This document shows positions 27,983 to 39,057 of a DNA stretch of 64,000 nt, piece by piece; the first letter of the stretch is position 1, and the number at the start of each line of letters is the position of its first letter. The notes beneath the pieces were generated by a model that saw only the letters and a list, made by a program, of their open reading frames with translations, made no database searches and was not told the origin of the DNA. Position numbers and translations under genes: made by a program. Source of the stretch: an uncultured Candidatus Bathyarchaeia archaeon. GTDB lineage: Archaea > Thermoproteota > Bathyarchaeia > Bathyarchaeales > Bathycorpusculaceae. The DNA is taken from contig CAYHAK010000003.1 of NCBI GenBank assembly GCA_964354625.1, positions 15,453-79,452 on the forward strand, given 5' to 3'.

Positions 27983-28801
27983 ATGCACGTGGCAAAAGGC
28001 GCAGTCATAACGATGCCTCCCACAACCGCCATCTACGAAGTCATAAAGAAGATGGCGAAAGAGAGATTTCGCCGAGTACCGCTTGCGAATCCCGCCACGA
28101 AACGCCTAGAAGGAATCGCCACCGCCTCAGACATCATCAACTACCTCGGCGGCGGAGGGAAATTCGGAATAATCCAACGCAAGTACGACGGCAACTTCTA
28201 CAAGGCCATAAACGAGCCGATCAAGCTTATCATGACGAAGAAGGTTGTCACGATCAAGACTTCGGCGAAAGTGAACGATGCGCTGGAAGTTATGAAGGAA
28301 AATGACCTCGGCGGACTGCCTGTGGTGAATGAAGAAAACCAGGTAAAAGCCATAATCACTGAGAGAGACATCGCAAACCTCTTCGCTGACCGAGTCAGCG
28401 GCGTAACCGTCGCCCAGCTCATGTCAGAGAAAGTAGTCACAGCGCTCCCTCACACCACCATCTTCGAAACAGAAAAAACCATGACCGCGCAAGGCTTCAG
28501 AAGACTGCCCATAATCTCAGACGGGAAAGTGCTGGGAATCATAACTACCATGGACATCGTACGGTTCTTCGGTTCAGGCGAAGTCTTCAAGTACCTGCGC
28601 TCAGGCACCATAATACAGGTTCTCAACACCCCCGCACTCAGCATCGCCACCAAAACAGTCGCAACCATAACGCCAGAAACAGATGCAGGCCAGGCGGCAA
28701 AAATAATGCACGAGAAAGACATAGGTGCTCTGCCAGTTGTCAAGAACGGCAGACTAGTAGGCATGATAACAGAGAGAGACTTCTTCAAAATGATAGAATA
28801 G
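27983..28801 (+). CDS. CBS-domain protein (four CBS motifs)
   Basis: I chose ATG at 27983; the ORF is open from 27884, overlapping the previous gene. Repeated CBS patterns end in GMITERDFFKMIE. Confidence 0.85.
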   Translation: MHVAKGAVITMPPTTAIYEVIKKMAKERFRRVPLANPATKRLEGIATASDIINYLGGGGKFGIIQRKYDGNFYKAINEPIKLIMTKKVVTIKTSAKVNDALEVMKENDLGGLPVVNEENQVKAIITERDIANLFADRVSGVTVAQLMSEKVVTALPHTTIFETEKTMTAQGFRRLPIISDGKVLGIITTMDIVRFFGSGEVFKYLRSGTIIQVLNTPALSIATKTVATITPETDAGQAAKIMHEKDIGALPVVKNGRLVGMITERDFFKMIE

Positions 28802-28852
28802 CCTTTTAACACCCTCATCTTAAGTTATTGGTTTGGCAAGAGAGCGGACAGT

Positions 28853-30193
28853 TTGATTGCTGATTTGCTGCTGACCAATGCCAAGGCATATCTTCAGGGC
28901 GACATCGTTGAGTGTAGTCTAGCTCTTGAGGACGGCAGGATTCTGAAGGTCGGCAGAGAATCAAATATGCCGAAAGCTGACGCCAAAGTTGATCTTATTG
29001 GCCTATTGGTTCTGTCTGGCTTGATAGACGCTCACGTGCACTTGCGCGACGAAGGAAAGGCCTACAAAGAAGACTTCGTAAGTGGAACAGCCGCCGCGGC
29101 AGCAGGCGGATTCGCAACCGTTCTAGACATGCCTAACAATGAACCTGTCACCATGAGTGCTGAATCGCTTAGAAACAGGATGAGCAAGGCAGAACGGAAA
29201 ATCCTCGTCAATGTTGGCTTCTTTTCGGAATTCCCGAAGGAGACAACGGACATAGAGGATGTCGTGAGCGAGGGAGCCGTAGGCTTCAAACTCTTCATGG
29301 CAGAACAGGTCGGCGGATTGAACCTGGACGACGATTCCGCAATGCTTGAGAGCTTCAAAATCGTGAGCACTTTGAAGGTTCCGGTTGCCGTTCATGCTGA
29401 AGACAAGGCGATGCTGAAGGCGGCCGTGGAAGCACTGAAACTCGGCAAGCATAACAACACTGAAGCTTATCTGAAGGCGCATTCCGAAGAAGCCGAAGCG
29501 AAGGCCATAAGCCGAATGCTATCCTTCTCGAAGCGAACAGGTGTGCACGTGCATTTCTGCCACGTAACCACCAAGCAAGGTCTAGAGTCGGTAGCTGAAG
29601 CAAAAGAAGCAGGACTGCGTACGAGCTGTGAGACGACGCCTCACAACCTTCTGCTGTCCTCTGAAGATCTGAGGCGGATTGGCACGCTTGCGCTGACTAT
29701 GCCGCCGGTCCGCGACCAAAGCCACATCAATGCCCTGTGGAACGGCATCAAGAACGGCGTGATCGACAACATCGGCTCAGACCATGCACCTCACATGTTG
29801 GAAGAGAAGCAGGCCAGCTCAACGTGGGACGCAAAGGTAGGCATTCCAGGTCTGGAAACGACGCTTCCGCTGTTGCTCACGGAGGTCAACCGCGACAGGC
29901 TGTCGATAGGCGATGTGGCCAGGTTGATGGCTGAGCAACCTGCTGAAATCTACGGCTTGAAAGGCAAAGGCGTCCTGAAGACGGGAAACGACGCAGACCT
30001 GACTATCATAGACCTGAGCAGAAAGCACAAGATAGACTCTTCAAAGTTTAAGTCGAAGGCCAAGTACTCACCTTTCGACGGCTGGCCCACCGTAGGCAAG
30101 CCCGTGAAAACCTATGTTGGCGGTGAACTGGTTTTTGACGAAGGCGAAGTTGTGGCCCAGGCAGGTTGCGGGCGGATCGTGCGGAGAGCGTAG
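28853..30193 (+). CDS. pyrC: dihydroorotase (amidohydrolase superfamily)
   Basis: DAHVHLRDEG metal-binding motif, FATVLDMPNN and a later GSDHAPH. TTG start. Confidence 0.88.
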   Translation: MIADLLLTNAKAYLQGDIVECSLALEDGRILKVGRESNMPKADAKVDLIGLLVLSGLIDAHVHLRDEGKAYKEDFVSGTAAAAAGGFATVLDMPNNEPVTMSAESLRNRMSKAERKILVNVGFFSEFPKETTDIEDVVSEGAVGFKLFMAEQVGGLNLDDDSAMLESFKIVSTLKVPVAVHAEDKAMLKAAVEALKLGKHNNTEAYLKAHSEEAEAKAISRMLSFSKRTGVHVHFCHVTTKQGLESVAEAKEAGLRTSCETTPHNLLLSSEDLRRIGTLALTMPPVRDQSHINALWNGIKNGVIDNIGSDHAPHMLEEKQASSTWDAKVGIPGLETTLPLLLTEVNRDRLSIGDVARLMAEQPAEIYGLKGKGVLKTGNDADLTIIDLSRKHKIDSSKFKSKAKYSPFDGWPTVGKPVKTYVGGELVFDEGEVVAQAGCGRIVRRA

Positions 30194-30197
30194 CCTG

Positions 30198-30671
30198 TTG
30201 AGGTTTGTGGCTGACGGCATGCTCGGCAGGCTGACTCGTTGGCTCAGGCTGCTGGGCCATGACACGAAGTACTCGGACTCGATGGAGGACAGGCAGCTTC
30301 TTGTGCTTGCCAAGAAAGAGAAGAGGATACTCTTGACCCGCGACCTTCAGCTCTACAAGCAGGCTACAGCAAAAGGGCTTGACGCCTTCTACGTCGAAGG
30401 CCAAACACATGCCGAAAAACTGGCCCGCCTCGCAAAACGATGCAAGCTAGCACTAACAATAAACATGACAAGCTCCCGCTGCCCGAAATGCAACACGAAA
30501 GTTAAAACAGTCTCAAAGAAAAACGTCAACGGCAGGGTTGAAGAGAACACTTTCAGCCACTATGAGGATTTCTGGATTTGCCCAAAGTGCAAGCAGGTCT
30601 ATTGGCAAGGAGCGCACTGGACAAAGATCAGGACTATGCTCGAGAAAACAAAGAAAATTCTCAATGAGTAA
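30198..30671 (+). CDS. Mut7-C RNase domain protein (PIN-like plus Zn ribbon)
   Basis: (M)RFVADGMLGRLTRWLRLLGHDTKY ... RILLTRD ... RCPKCN ... CPKCKQVYWQGAHW. The TTG start is 4 nt after the pyrC stop. Confidence 0.8.
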   Translation: MRFVADGMLGRLTRWLRLLGHDTKYSDSMEDRQLLVLAKKEKRILLTRDLQLYKQATAKGLDAFYVEGQTHAEKLARLAKRCKLALTINMTSSRCPKCNTKVKTVSKKNVNGRVEENTFSHYEDFWICPKCKQVYWQGAHWTKIRTMLEKTKKILNE

Positions 30672-30684
30672 AGAAAGCTGAAGG

Positions 30685-30921
30685 CTACTTCTGGCTCAGT
30701 AGCCATTTAAGCGGTATGTCTTGGTAGGTTTTGTCGGGTAGTGTTCGTCTTATTGTCATTGGGAGGATGGCTATTTCCAGTTCTTTGAGGGCTATGTCGA
30801 TTGGGCTGGACAAGCCTTCTGAGGCATCGATCAGCACCGGCGCACCCATGGATATCTGCAGCGCTCTGGCTCCAACTACTCGTGCCTTTTCGAAGCGCGT
30901 AAGCTTCGGAGGACCTACGAT
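30685..30921 (-). CDS. rpoK: DNA-directed RNA polymerase subunit K (Rpb6 homologue); start unresolved
   Basis: Hand translation, not in the ORF track: ...SEKEERAIVGPPKLTRFEKARVVGARALQISMGAPVLIDASEGLSSPIDIALKELEIAILPMTIRRTLPD... The frame is open from 30948. The first canonical start (ATG 30849) falls inside the conserved core. The upper boundary is set at the in-frame ATC at 30921. Confidence 0.8.
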   Translation of the reverse strand: MVGPPKLTRFEKARVVGARALQISMGAPVLIDASEGLSSPIDIALKELEIAILPMTIRRTLPDKTYQDIPLKWLLSQK

Positions 30922-30948
30922 GGCCCTTTCTTCCTTTTCAGACGTGTC

Positions 30949-32610
<1,662 letters not shown>

Positions 32611-32655
32611 ACCTAAATTAACCTCCTCTAGTGCAAAACAATGAAAAATGGCTTA

Positions 32656-32665
32656 GAAATATAAG
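32656..32665 (-). promoter_or_regulatory. TATA-box-like element (cttatatttc on the minus strand) upstream of the thermosome gene
   Basis: Read directly, about 46-55 nt upstream of the TTG start. A GGAGG Shine-Dalgarno-like sequence lies between them. Confidence 0.4.
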
Positions 32666-32689
32666 TCTTTCTGATGACGTGAGGGGAAG

Positions 32690-33835
32690 CTAGAATCTTT
32701 TGTATGGACTTGTCAGGGAATCTACTCGTGCAGGGCTAAGCGCGGTTTTGAGGCCTATGCCGGTGAGGACGATTACGGTGTTGCCTTCTTCAGGCGTCTT
32801 TCCACTGTTCGTCTGCTTCTTGTAGGCGGCGTAGGCAACTGCCGAGCTTGGTTCCACGAAGAAACCCTTGCAGGCAAGCTCCTTAAAGGCCTTGGCGATT
32901 TCAGGCTCCTCAACCGTCACTGCGTCGCCTTTCGCCTCTTTCAGGGCTTTGACCATGAGATCCAGCAGCGGAGGGTTCACGCTTACGAGGGCGTCGGCAA
33001 AGGAGGTTATCCTTTCTGGCGGATGATAGGCTGTGCCTTTGAGGTTGTGGTAGAGTGGTGAGACTTGGCTGGTTTGGCAGGCCACGATTCTGGGCATGGT
33101 TTCTATGACGTTGGATTCAACGAGGTGTTTGAAGCCGTTTATGATGCCGAGGAGTAGCGTTCCGGCTGAGGCTGGAAGGTAGATGTGTTCGGGTGCGCGC
33201 CAGCCGAACTGTTCAGCGGTCTCGTAGGCTAGGCTTTTTATGCCGTCTCTGAACAGTGGGTGCAAAATGTGCCCAACATAGTATTTCTTCCTCTCGGGCT
33301 TCTGTGCTTCTTCTGCGACTTTGTTTCTTGTGCCTTGGACTTTGATGACTTCGGCGCCGTGGAACTGGATTTGGCTGAACTTGGGGCCTGCGACGGTTTC
33401 GGGAACATAGATTTTGGCCTTGAGGTTTGCGCGGGCTGCGTATGCGGCGATTGAGGCTCCAGCGTTGCCCGATGAGTCTTCGGAGATGCATCCGTCTGCT
33501 TCTTTGACTTGTGCGTGCACTGCGGATATCAGCACTGAAGAGCCTCGATCTTTGAAGGAGCCTGTGGGATTCAGGCTTTCGAGCTTGAAGTAGACGCCGT
33601 TTGAGAGTTTGACGAGTGGTGTCCAACCTTCGCCTAATGTAGTGATGTCTTGTTCTTTGATGTATGGGAAGTAGTTGGCGTATCGCCAGACAGTGTAGTT
33701 GTAAAGTCTGGTTTTTTCGGTTTGGAATGGTTGGTTGAGTTGGACTTCAAGCGGTTTGCCGCATGTGGAGCACTTGTAGGCCAGTAGGTTTCGCGTGGTC
33801 TGTCCGCATGCTGTGCACTTGATTTGGAAGCTCAC
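32690..33835 (-). CDS. thrC: threonine synthase with N-terminal zinc ribbon
   Basis: CTACG...CSTCG N-terminus, and NPTGSFKDRG with the PLP lysine. Confidence 0.9.
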   Translation of the reverse strand: MSFQIKCTACGQTTRNLLAYKCSTCGKPLEVQLNQPFQTEKTRLYNYTVWRYANYFPYIKEQDITTLGEGWTPLVKLSNGVYFKLESLNPTGSFKDRGSSVLISAVHAQVKEADGCISEDSSGNAGASIAAYAARANLKAKIYVPETVAGPKFSQIQFHGAEVIKVQGTRNKVAEEAQKPERKKYYVGHILHPLFRDGIKSLAYETAEQFGWRAPEHIYLPASAGTLLLGIINGFKHLVESNVIETMPRIVACQTSQVSPLYHNLKGTAYHPPERITSFADALVSVNPPLLDLMVKALKEAKGDAVTVEEPEIAKAFKELACKGFFVEPSSAVAYAAYKKQTNSGKTPEEGNTVIVLTGIGLKTALSPARVDSLTSPYKRF

Positions 33836-33910
33836 ATGTGGCTCTCCTTTCCAGTGCTGATAAAAGGCATCGGGTATTTAGCTTTAAACGTCCCGACTTG
33901 CGCGGGAAAC

Positions 33911-33918
33911 TATTTATA
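33911..33918 (+). promoter_or_regulatory. TATA-box-like element (atttatat) upstream of etfB
   Basis: Read directly, about 52 nt upstream of the TTG start at 33970. Confidence 0.4.
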
Positions 33919-33969
33919 TGGTCTTTGCGCCGTCATAAATCCGCAAATGCGCACTAGGGGTCTGATGGT

Positions 33970-34758
33970 TTGAGGAGAATCATTGTCTGCCTGAAGCAGG
34001 CGGTCGACGTTTCGCAGTTGAAGGTTGACTCTGCTACGAGGCAGCTGATTACAGCTTCGGCGCCGAAGAAGATTAGCGATTTTGACAAGAACGCACTGGA
34101 AGAGGCTATCAAGGTTAAGGAGAAGACGGGCAACGCGGAACTGTGCACGCTGACCATGACTTCAGAGGATGCGAAGACGGTGTTGCGCGAGGCTTTGGCG
34201 ATGGGCGCAGACAAAGCATACATAGTCAATGATGCTGAGTTGAAGAATGTTGACACGTCGGGCACAGCACACGTGCTTGTCGAGGCTGTTAAGAAGATTG
34301 GCGAATACGACCTGATTTTGTGCGGTGAGACTTCTTTGGACAGCTTTTCGGGACTTGTTGGTGCCAGGGTTGCCGAGTTGTTGGGTTTGCCCTTTTTGTC
34401 TTCGGTGCGCAAGCTGTCCGTGGAGGGCGATACGGCAGTTGCGGAGCGGAGTCTGGAGGATTCGATTGAGACGGTGAAGGCGAAGATGCCATGTGTGGTT
34501 TCAGTTACGCGTGAGATTAACGTGCCTAGGATTCCATCGTTGATGATGATTATGAAGGCGTCGAAGAAGGAGATCGTGAACTGGACGCTCGCAGATATGG
34601 GTGTGCAGAAGGAGCGGCTGGCGTCAAAGATTGAGCTGGTTGAGGTTTTGGCGCCGAAGACGGAGCGCAAGAAGATCAAAATCACAGGCGAGAGCGTTCA
34701 GGAGATTGCGGAGAAGCTGGCCAAGGCGCTTGTTCAGGAAGGAGTCGTCAAAAGGTGA
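33970..34758 (+). CDS. etfB: electron transfer flavoprotein, beta subunit
   Basis: (M)RRIIVCLKQAVD... ISDFDKNALEEA ... DLILCGETSLD is a typical EtfB pattern. Confidence 0.9.
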   Translation: MRRIIVCLKQAVDVSQLKVDSATRQLITASAPKKISDFDKNALEEAIKVKEKTGNAELCTLTMTSEDAKTVLREALAMGADKAYIVNDAELKNVDTSGTAHVLVEAVKKIGEYDLILCGETSLDSFSGLVGARVAELLGLPFLSSVRKLSVEGDTAVAERSLEDSIETVKAKMPCVVSVTREINVPRIPSLMMIMKASKKEIVNWTLADMGVQKERLASKIELVEVLAPKTERKKIKITGESVQEIAEKLAKALVQEGVVKR

Positions 34759-34765
34759 ACGTGAC

Positions 34766-35731
34766 ATGGGCGAATACAAGGGCATTTGGGTTTTTTCAGA
34801 AAAGCCTGACTTGATGTTGGAGATGCTTGGGAAAGGTCGTGAGCTGGCGGACAAGCGGCAGACAGAGCTTGCGGCTGTCTTGATTGGCGGCAACGTGGCA
34901 GACGGGGCTAGTGAGCTGGTGAGGTATGGTGTGGACAAGGTTTACGTGGCCAGTAACCCAGCTTTGGAGCGTTTTCAGGCTGAAGCGTACTTGGGCGTTC
35001 TGTACGGCTTGGCTCTCGCGAACAAGCCTGAGACGATAATGATTAGTTCGACGAGGAATGGGAGGCCACTTGCGGCCAGGCTTGCTACGCGTCTTGATGC
35101 GGCGTGTGTACCTGACTGCACTAGATTGGGTGTTGATGAGAATGGCAGGCTGGTGGGCGAGAGAATAACTTACGGCGGGAATGCTGTTGCGAAGATTGCT
35201 TTTGCTGGGAAGCCGCAGATTGTCACGGTGCCGCAACGGGCTTTTGATAAGTCTGTTCCGAAAGAGCGTAGCGGGCAAGTGGTCAGTATTGACGTGGAGG
35301 TTGATGCGGCTAGGACAGAGGTTGTTGATGTTAAGCCTTTGGAGACTTCGAGTGTGCGCATCGAGGAGGCTGAGGTTGTTGTCAGTTGCGGTCGGGGTTT
35401 GGAGAAGAAGGAGGACAGAGGTTTGCTTGACGAGCTTGCGGTGGTTCTGGGTGGTCAGGTGGGTTCTTCGAGACCGCTTGCCGAGGACAGGAAATGGTTC
35501 ACGGAATGGGTCGGCTTGTCTGGCCACAAGGTGAAGCCGAAGCTTTACATCGCGTGCGGCATTTCAGGCGTGATCCAGCATGTGGCTGGGATACGGGATT
35601 CGAAGGTGATTGTGGCCGTGAACAAGGACGAGCAGGCACCGATCTTCGAGATCGCCGACTACGGAGTGGTCGGCAACCTGTACGAGATACTGCCAGCACT
35701 GAAAGACGCCATCAAGAAGCAATTGCAGTAG
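34766..35731 (+). CDS. etfA: electron transfer flavoprotein, alpha subunit
   Basis: ATG at 34766 (MGEYKGIWVFSE...). C-terminal FAD-binding pattern: GQVGSSRPL...W......VGLSGHKVKPKLYIACGISGVIQH. Confidence 0.9.
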   Translation: MGEYKGIWVFSEKPDLMLEMLGKGRELADKRQTELAAVLIGGNVADGASELVRYGVDKVYVASNPALERFQAEAYLGVLYGLALANKPETIMISSTRNGRPLAARLATRLDAACVPDCTRLGVDENGRLVGERITYGGNAVAKIAFAGKPQIVTVPQRAFDKSVPKERSGQVVSIDVEVDAARTEVVDVKPLETSSVRIEEAEVVVSCGRGLEKKEDRGLLDELAVVLGGQVGSSRPLAEDRKWFTEWVGLSGHKVKPKLYIACGISGVIQHVAGIRDSKVIVAVNKDEQAPIFEIADYGVVGNLYEILPALKDAIKKQLQ

Positions 35732-35767
35732 ACACCGTGCACACGCGCTCAAGAAAAAACCTTGCAT

Positions 35768-35776
35768 CGCGCGCGC
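35768..35776. repeat. alternating GC tract, copy of the dispersed motif
   Basis: The reverse strand reads gTTAGCGCGCGCGat. It lies 37 nt after the etfA stop, at the 5' edge of the surface-protein fragment. Confidence 0.8.
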
Positions 35777-35777
35777 T

Positions 35778-36212
35778 AACCTGTTCAACTGCACCGAAGA
35801 CCCGACGGAAACGGAGTTCAAGACTTACAACACCACCACAAGAACGGCGAAGGTAGCCGGATTGGCCAACAACCCCGTGTTCACCGTCCACACTGGTCTG
35901 ATGCGGTACATCCCGCTGGTGCTGGCCAACATGGACTCGGAGCTTTACCAGAAGGCCAAAGACCACCTACTCGACCTCAGATATGCAGACTACTACATAA
36001 TCGCCTACCCAACCTACAGCGGCTACCGAGTAGAACACGACCCCACCTACACCGCATAGTACAACGCCGCAGCCGCAACAACCACTCCGCCCAACATCGG
36101 AGGAGCCGTCCTCCTAATAGCCGTCATAACCGCAGCCGCCCTCGCCGCCGTCCTCATCATCAGAAAACGCCGAACAAAAACCACGACAAACACACGAGAA
36201 CCAAACACCTAA
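35778..36212 (+). pseudogene. fragment of a membrane-anchored surface protein, interrupted by an in-frame TAG
   Basis: The open frame reads NLFNCTEDPTETEFKTYNTTT...YRVEHDPTYTA-TAG-YNAAAATTTPPNIGGAVLLIAVITAAALAAVLIIRKRRTK. It has no signal peptide and no canonical start before TTG 35862. The C-terminal TM helix plus basic tail resembles an archaeal C-terminal sorting or anchor domain. Confidence 0.45.
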
Positions 36213-36388
36213 CCACCCGAACCCCCAATCGAACCATAGCCAACCGAGACCTCCCCTCCATTCTCTCGCTCAGAACAGGCGAGACACTTAAGAAACCCAG
36301 AGGGCTATGTAAAAGATCGGATTGATGCCCATGGCCTTCTGGGAACCCTGCCATTCATGGAGAATAGTGAGAAAGGGAAGACTTGCAG

Positions 36389-37618
36389 TTACTTGTATGG
36401 TATGTACTCTTTGCCGAGTAGTTCGCGTGCGATGACGGTGCGTTGTATGTTGCTGGCCCCCTCGGCGCCGACGCAGTAACTCATAATGCCCCGCAGGCCC
36501 ATCTCAAGCGGACACTCCTTCGTGTAGCCATAAGCGCCCATCCATATCATGGCGTGCTTGTAAATGTCGAACGCTAGGTGTGGCGCGATGAGTTTGCAGG
36601 CCGCGATGTAGCGGCCGACTTCCAGTGCCGAGTATTTGTTCTGCTTATATTTCAGATCGTTCATCCACGCCGTGCGGTAGGCTAGGCTTTTCAGCGCCTC
36701 TAGGTGCGCCCAGTCGTCTGCCAACTCGAACTGTATGCCTTCGAACTTGCCGATAGGCCTGCCGAAGGCCTTGCGCTCCTTGATGTACTCCATGCCAATG
36801 TCCAAGGCACGTCTTGCCGCGCCCACGCACACGGCAGCGATGAGTATGCGTGCGTTGTCGAAGCCCTCCATCGTCAGGTAGAAGCCCTTGTCAACTTCGC
36901 CGATGCGGTAAGCGTCGGGTATGCGGACGTTTTCCATTTTGAAGCCGCCTGTGCTGATGGCCATTCTGCCCATGTCTTCGAACCGCTTGTTGATCTCTAC
37001 GCCTTTGGCATTGAAGGGCAGGTAGAAGCCTGTCATGCCCCTGTGTGAAGCTTCAGGCGATGCCGGCGAAGTCCGCGCGATAACGAAGTAGCCTCCGCCC
37101 AGCTTCTTAGCCTCTTCTGTGCCGCTGATGTACATTTTCTCGCCGTTCAGAACCCAGTCTTTGCCGTCTCGTTTGGCAGTGGATTTGAAGGCAGCAACGT
37201 CTGAGCCTCCGCCTGATTCGGTGGAGGCTATGCCTATGAAGGCGTCGCCCTTGAATGCCTTGTGGATGCACTCGGCGCGCACTTGCTCGCTGCAGTAACG
37301 GTCAACCACATAACCCCACGAGCTTTCAACAAGCCACAGCACTGGCAGAGCAATGCTCACGTCGACGTAGCCGAGTTCCTCAGCGGCGATGCAGGCTGTC
37401 ACCCAGTCTGCGCCTGTGCCTCCGTGCTCCTGAGGCGAAGTCATGACAAGCAAACCCATCTCGCCCATGCTCCTCAAAACAGCCTGAGGAATCTCGCCCT
37501 TGCTGTCCATGTCGCGTATCTTTTCTAACGGCAGATTCTTCTGGCACCATTCACGAATGGCACTTCTGAAAAGCTCCTGCTCTTCCGTGAAACCGAAATC
37601 AACCATGACATTTTGCAC
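36389..37618 (-). CDS. acyl-CoA dehydrogenase
   Basis: FGFTEEQELFRSAIREW N-terminus, and C-terminal YCVGAEGASNIQRTVIARELLG. Confidence 0.9.
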   Translation of the reverse strand: MQNVMVDFGFTEEQELFRSAIREWCQKNLPLEKIRDMDSKGEIPQAVLRSMGEMGLLVMTSPQEHGGTGADWVTACIAAEELGYVDVSIALPVLWLVESSWGYVVDRYCSEQVRAECIHKAFKGDAFIGIASTESGGGSDVAAFKSTAKRDGKDWVLNGEKMYISGTEEAKKLGGGYFVIARTSPASPEASHRGMTGFYLPFNAKGVEINKRFEDMGRMAISTGGFKMENVRIPDAYRIGEVDKGFYLTMEGFDNARILIAAVCVGAARRALDIGMEYIKERKAFGRPIGKFEGIQFELADDWAHLEALKSLAYRTAWMNDLKYKQNKYSALEVGRYIAACKLIAPHLAFDIYKHAMIWMGAYGYTKECPLEMGLRGIMSYCVGAEGASNIQRTVIARELLGKEYIPYK

Positions 37619-37667
37619 CTTTGGACCTGAACTACAGAAGGCTAAACATATAAAAGTTGTTTAGAAC

Positions 37668-38543
37668 CTAGGCCGAAACCTTCGACAAAAGCTGCTCGAC
37701 GGGACTCTGGTTCAGATGCAGTCCGAGCTTCTGTTGATCCACGTCCAAGGCTAGTCCCAGCAACTGCGTGTAGTAGACCACAGGAAGGCCCAGCCTCGCG
37801 CCCACAGTACCTGCAGCATCATTCTGCTTGGCGTCAAACATGATGCCACAGTCAGGGCACGAAACCACAAGTCCGTCCACGCCCAAAGCTTGCACTGCCA
37901 TGAGTTTGCTACCTGCCAGCGACAGCGCCGAATCCACATGACTATACATCAAATGCGACCCGCAACAGTCCAGCTTCTCATTATAATCTATGCTTTCGGC
38001 ACCCAGTGCAGCGATAAGGTTATCAAGCTTTTGGGGGTTCTCGGCGTCGTCTATCCGTCCGAGGTCAGTGTAGCGCAGTATCTGGCAGCCTACATGGGAG
38101 GCAAGCTTCAAACCCTTAAGCGGCTTGGCCACAGCTTTTTTGATCGCGTCCAAACCAACGCTATCATGTAGCAGGTCAATGACGTGCCAGATCTTGATGC
38201 TCGCATTGTACTCTAAGCCTTCTTCCTTCAATAGGCCAATTACCCGTTGTTTGGTGTTCCCATCGTTCTCAACAAGCCTCTTTGCCTCAGAGACCACGAA
38301 GTGACAACGATTACAGGGAACAAGAAGATCATGCAAACCCGTGGCGTTTGCCAATGCCAGAACCCGCGCGCCGAGAAAAGTTGCTGCAAAATCGTTAACG
38401 CTCCTCACAGGATCGCCACAACACATGGCTTCACTCAAATCGACAATCTCACCCCCAAGTCGAGGGAGAACCTCACGTGCCGACATCTCGTAAGCATACT
38501 GGCTCGTCAGTATCCGACACCCCCAAAAAACAGCAGCCTTCAC
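37668..38543 (-). CDS. hdrB: heterodisulfide reductase subunit B-like (two CCG domains)
   Basis: FWGCRI..., CCGDP and CCGSH motifs. The GTG start is 2 nt after the hdrC stop. Confidence 0.88.
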   Translation of the reverse strand: MKAAVFWGCRILTSQYAYEMSAREVLPRLGGEIVDLSEAMCCGDPVRSVNDFAATFLGARVLALANATGLHDLLVPCNRCHFVVSEAKRLVENDGNTKQRVIGLLKEEGLEYNASIKIWHVIDLLHDSVGLDAIKKAVAKPLKGLKLASHVGCQILRYTDLGRIDDAENPQKLDNLIAALGAESIDYNEKLDCCGSHLMYSHVDSALSLAGSKLMAVQALGVDGLVVSCPDCGIMFDAKQNDAAGTVGARLGLPVVYYTQLLGLALDVDQQKLGLHLNQSPVEQLLSKVSA

Positions 38544-38545
38544 TC

Positions 38546-39037
38546 TTATCTCTCCTCCAGGGCCTTCAAGAAAACGGTCTGAAAACTCTCCTTAGGAGCA
38601 TAGACCTTAGGAAGCTTCAAGCTCTCGCGGTTGAAAGTCTCCATCTTCCGGGAAACAACATCCTGAAAAGGCTCAGCCAAACCAGTCTCCAGAACCCGCG
38701 AAACCGCCTTCATGAACTCCTCGGGCACCTTGGCCTCGCGCTCAACCGCCAGATTTCTCAACGCAATAACCACATGATAAGGGGAGGCCTTCTGAGGACA
38801 ACGTTGCACGCACTTGAGGCACGTTACGCATGTCCAGATGATGTCCGAAGAGGCCATCTCGTCCACGAAGCCCAAGTTCACAAGCTTCTCAATCTCATGA
38901 GGCTTGAGCTCCAGAAGCTTCAAAGCTGTGCACCCGCTCGTGCACTTGATGCATTGGAAACAATTCACCAAGTCCCTGCCCCGAAGCTTAGCCAGAATCC
39001 TCTCGCGAGATTCGAGGCTCGGCTTAGCCATCGACAT
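38546..39037 (-). CDS. hdrC: heterodisulfide reductase subunit C-like (two 4Fe-4S motifs)
   Basis: CFQCIKCTSGC and CVTCLKCVQRCP. I chose ATG at 39037; the ORF is open to 39088, overlapping hdrA. Confidence 0.85.
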   Translation of the reverse strand: MSMAKPSLESRERILAKLRGRDLVNCFQCIKCTSGCTALKLLELKPHEIEKLVNLGFVDEMASSDIIWTCVTCLKCVQRCPQKASPYHVVIALRNLAVEREAKVPEEFMKAVSRVLETGLAEPFQDVVSRKMETFNRESLKLPKVYAPKESFQTVFLKALEER

Positions 39038-39057
39038 CAAATCAATAATGCTCAAAG

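Noticed and set aside
33954-35527. Two 243-aa reverse ORFs (33954..34685 and 34796..35527) opposite etfB and etfA.
   Set aside because: They are shadow ORFs of clearly recognisable ETF subunits, with Ser/Arg/Pro-rich composition.
36057-36059. In-frame TAG in the surface-protein fragment read as pyrrolysine or programmed readthrough.
   Set aside because: TAG is used as the ordinary stop of many solid genes here (pyrF, guaA, acyP, trm5, glmS, cdc48, etfA, rpoK). No pyl genes or methylamine methyltransferases are in the window, and the fragment also lacks a start. Pseudogene is the simpler reading.
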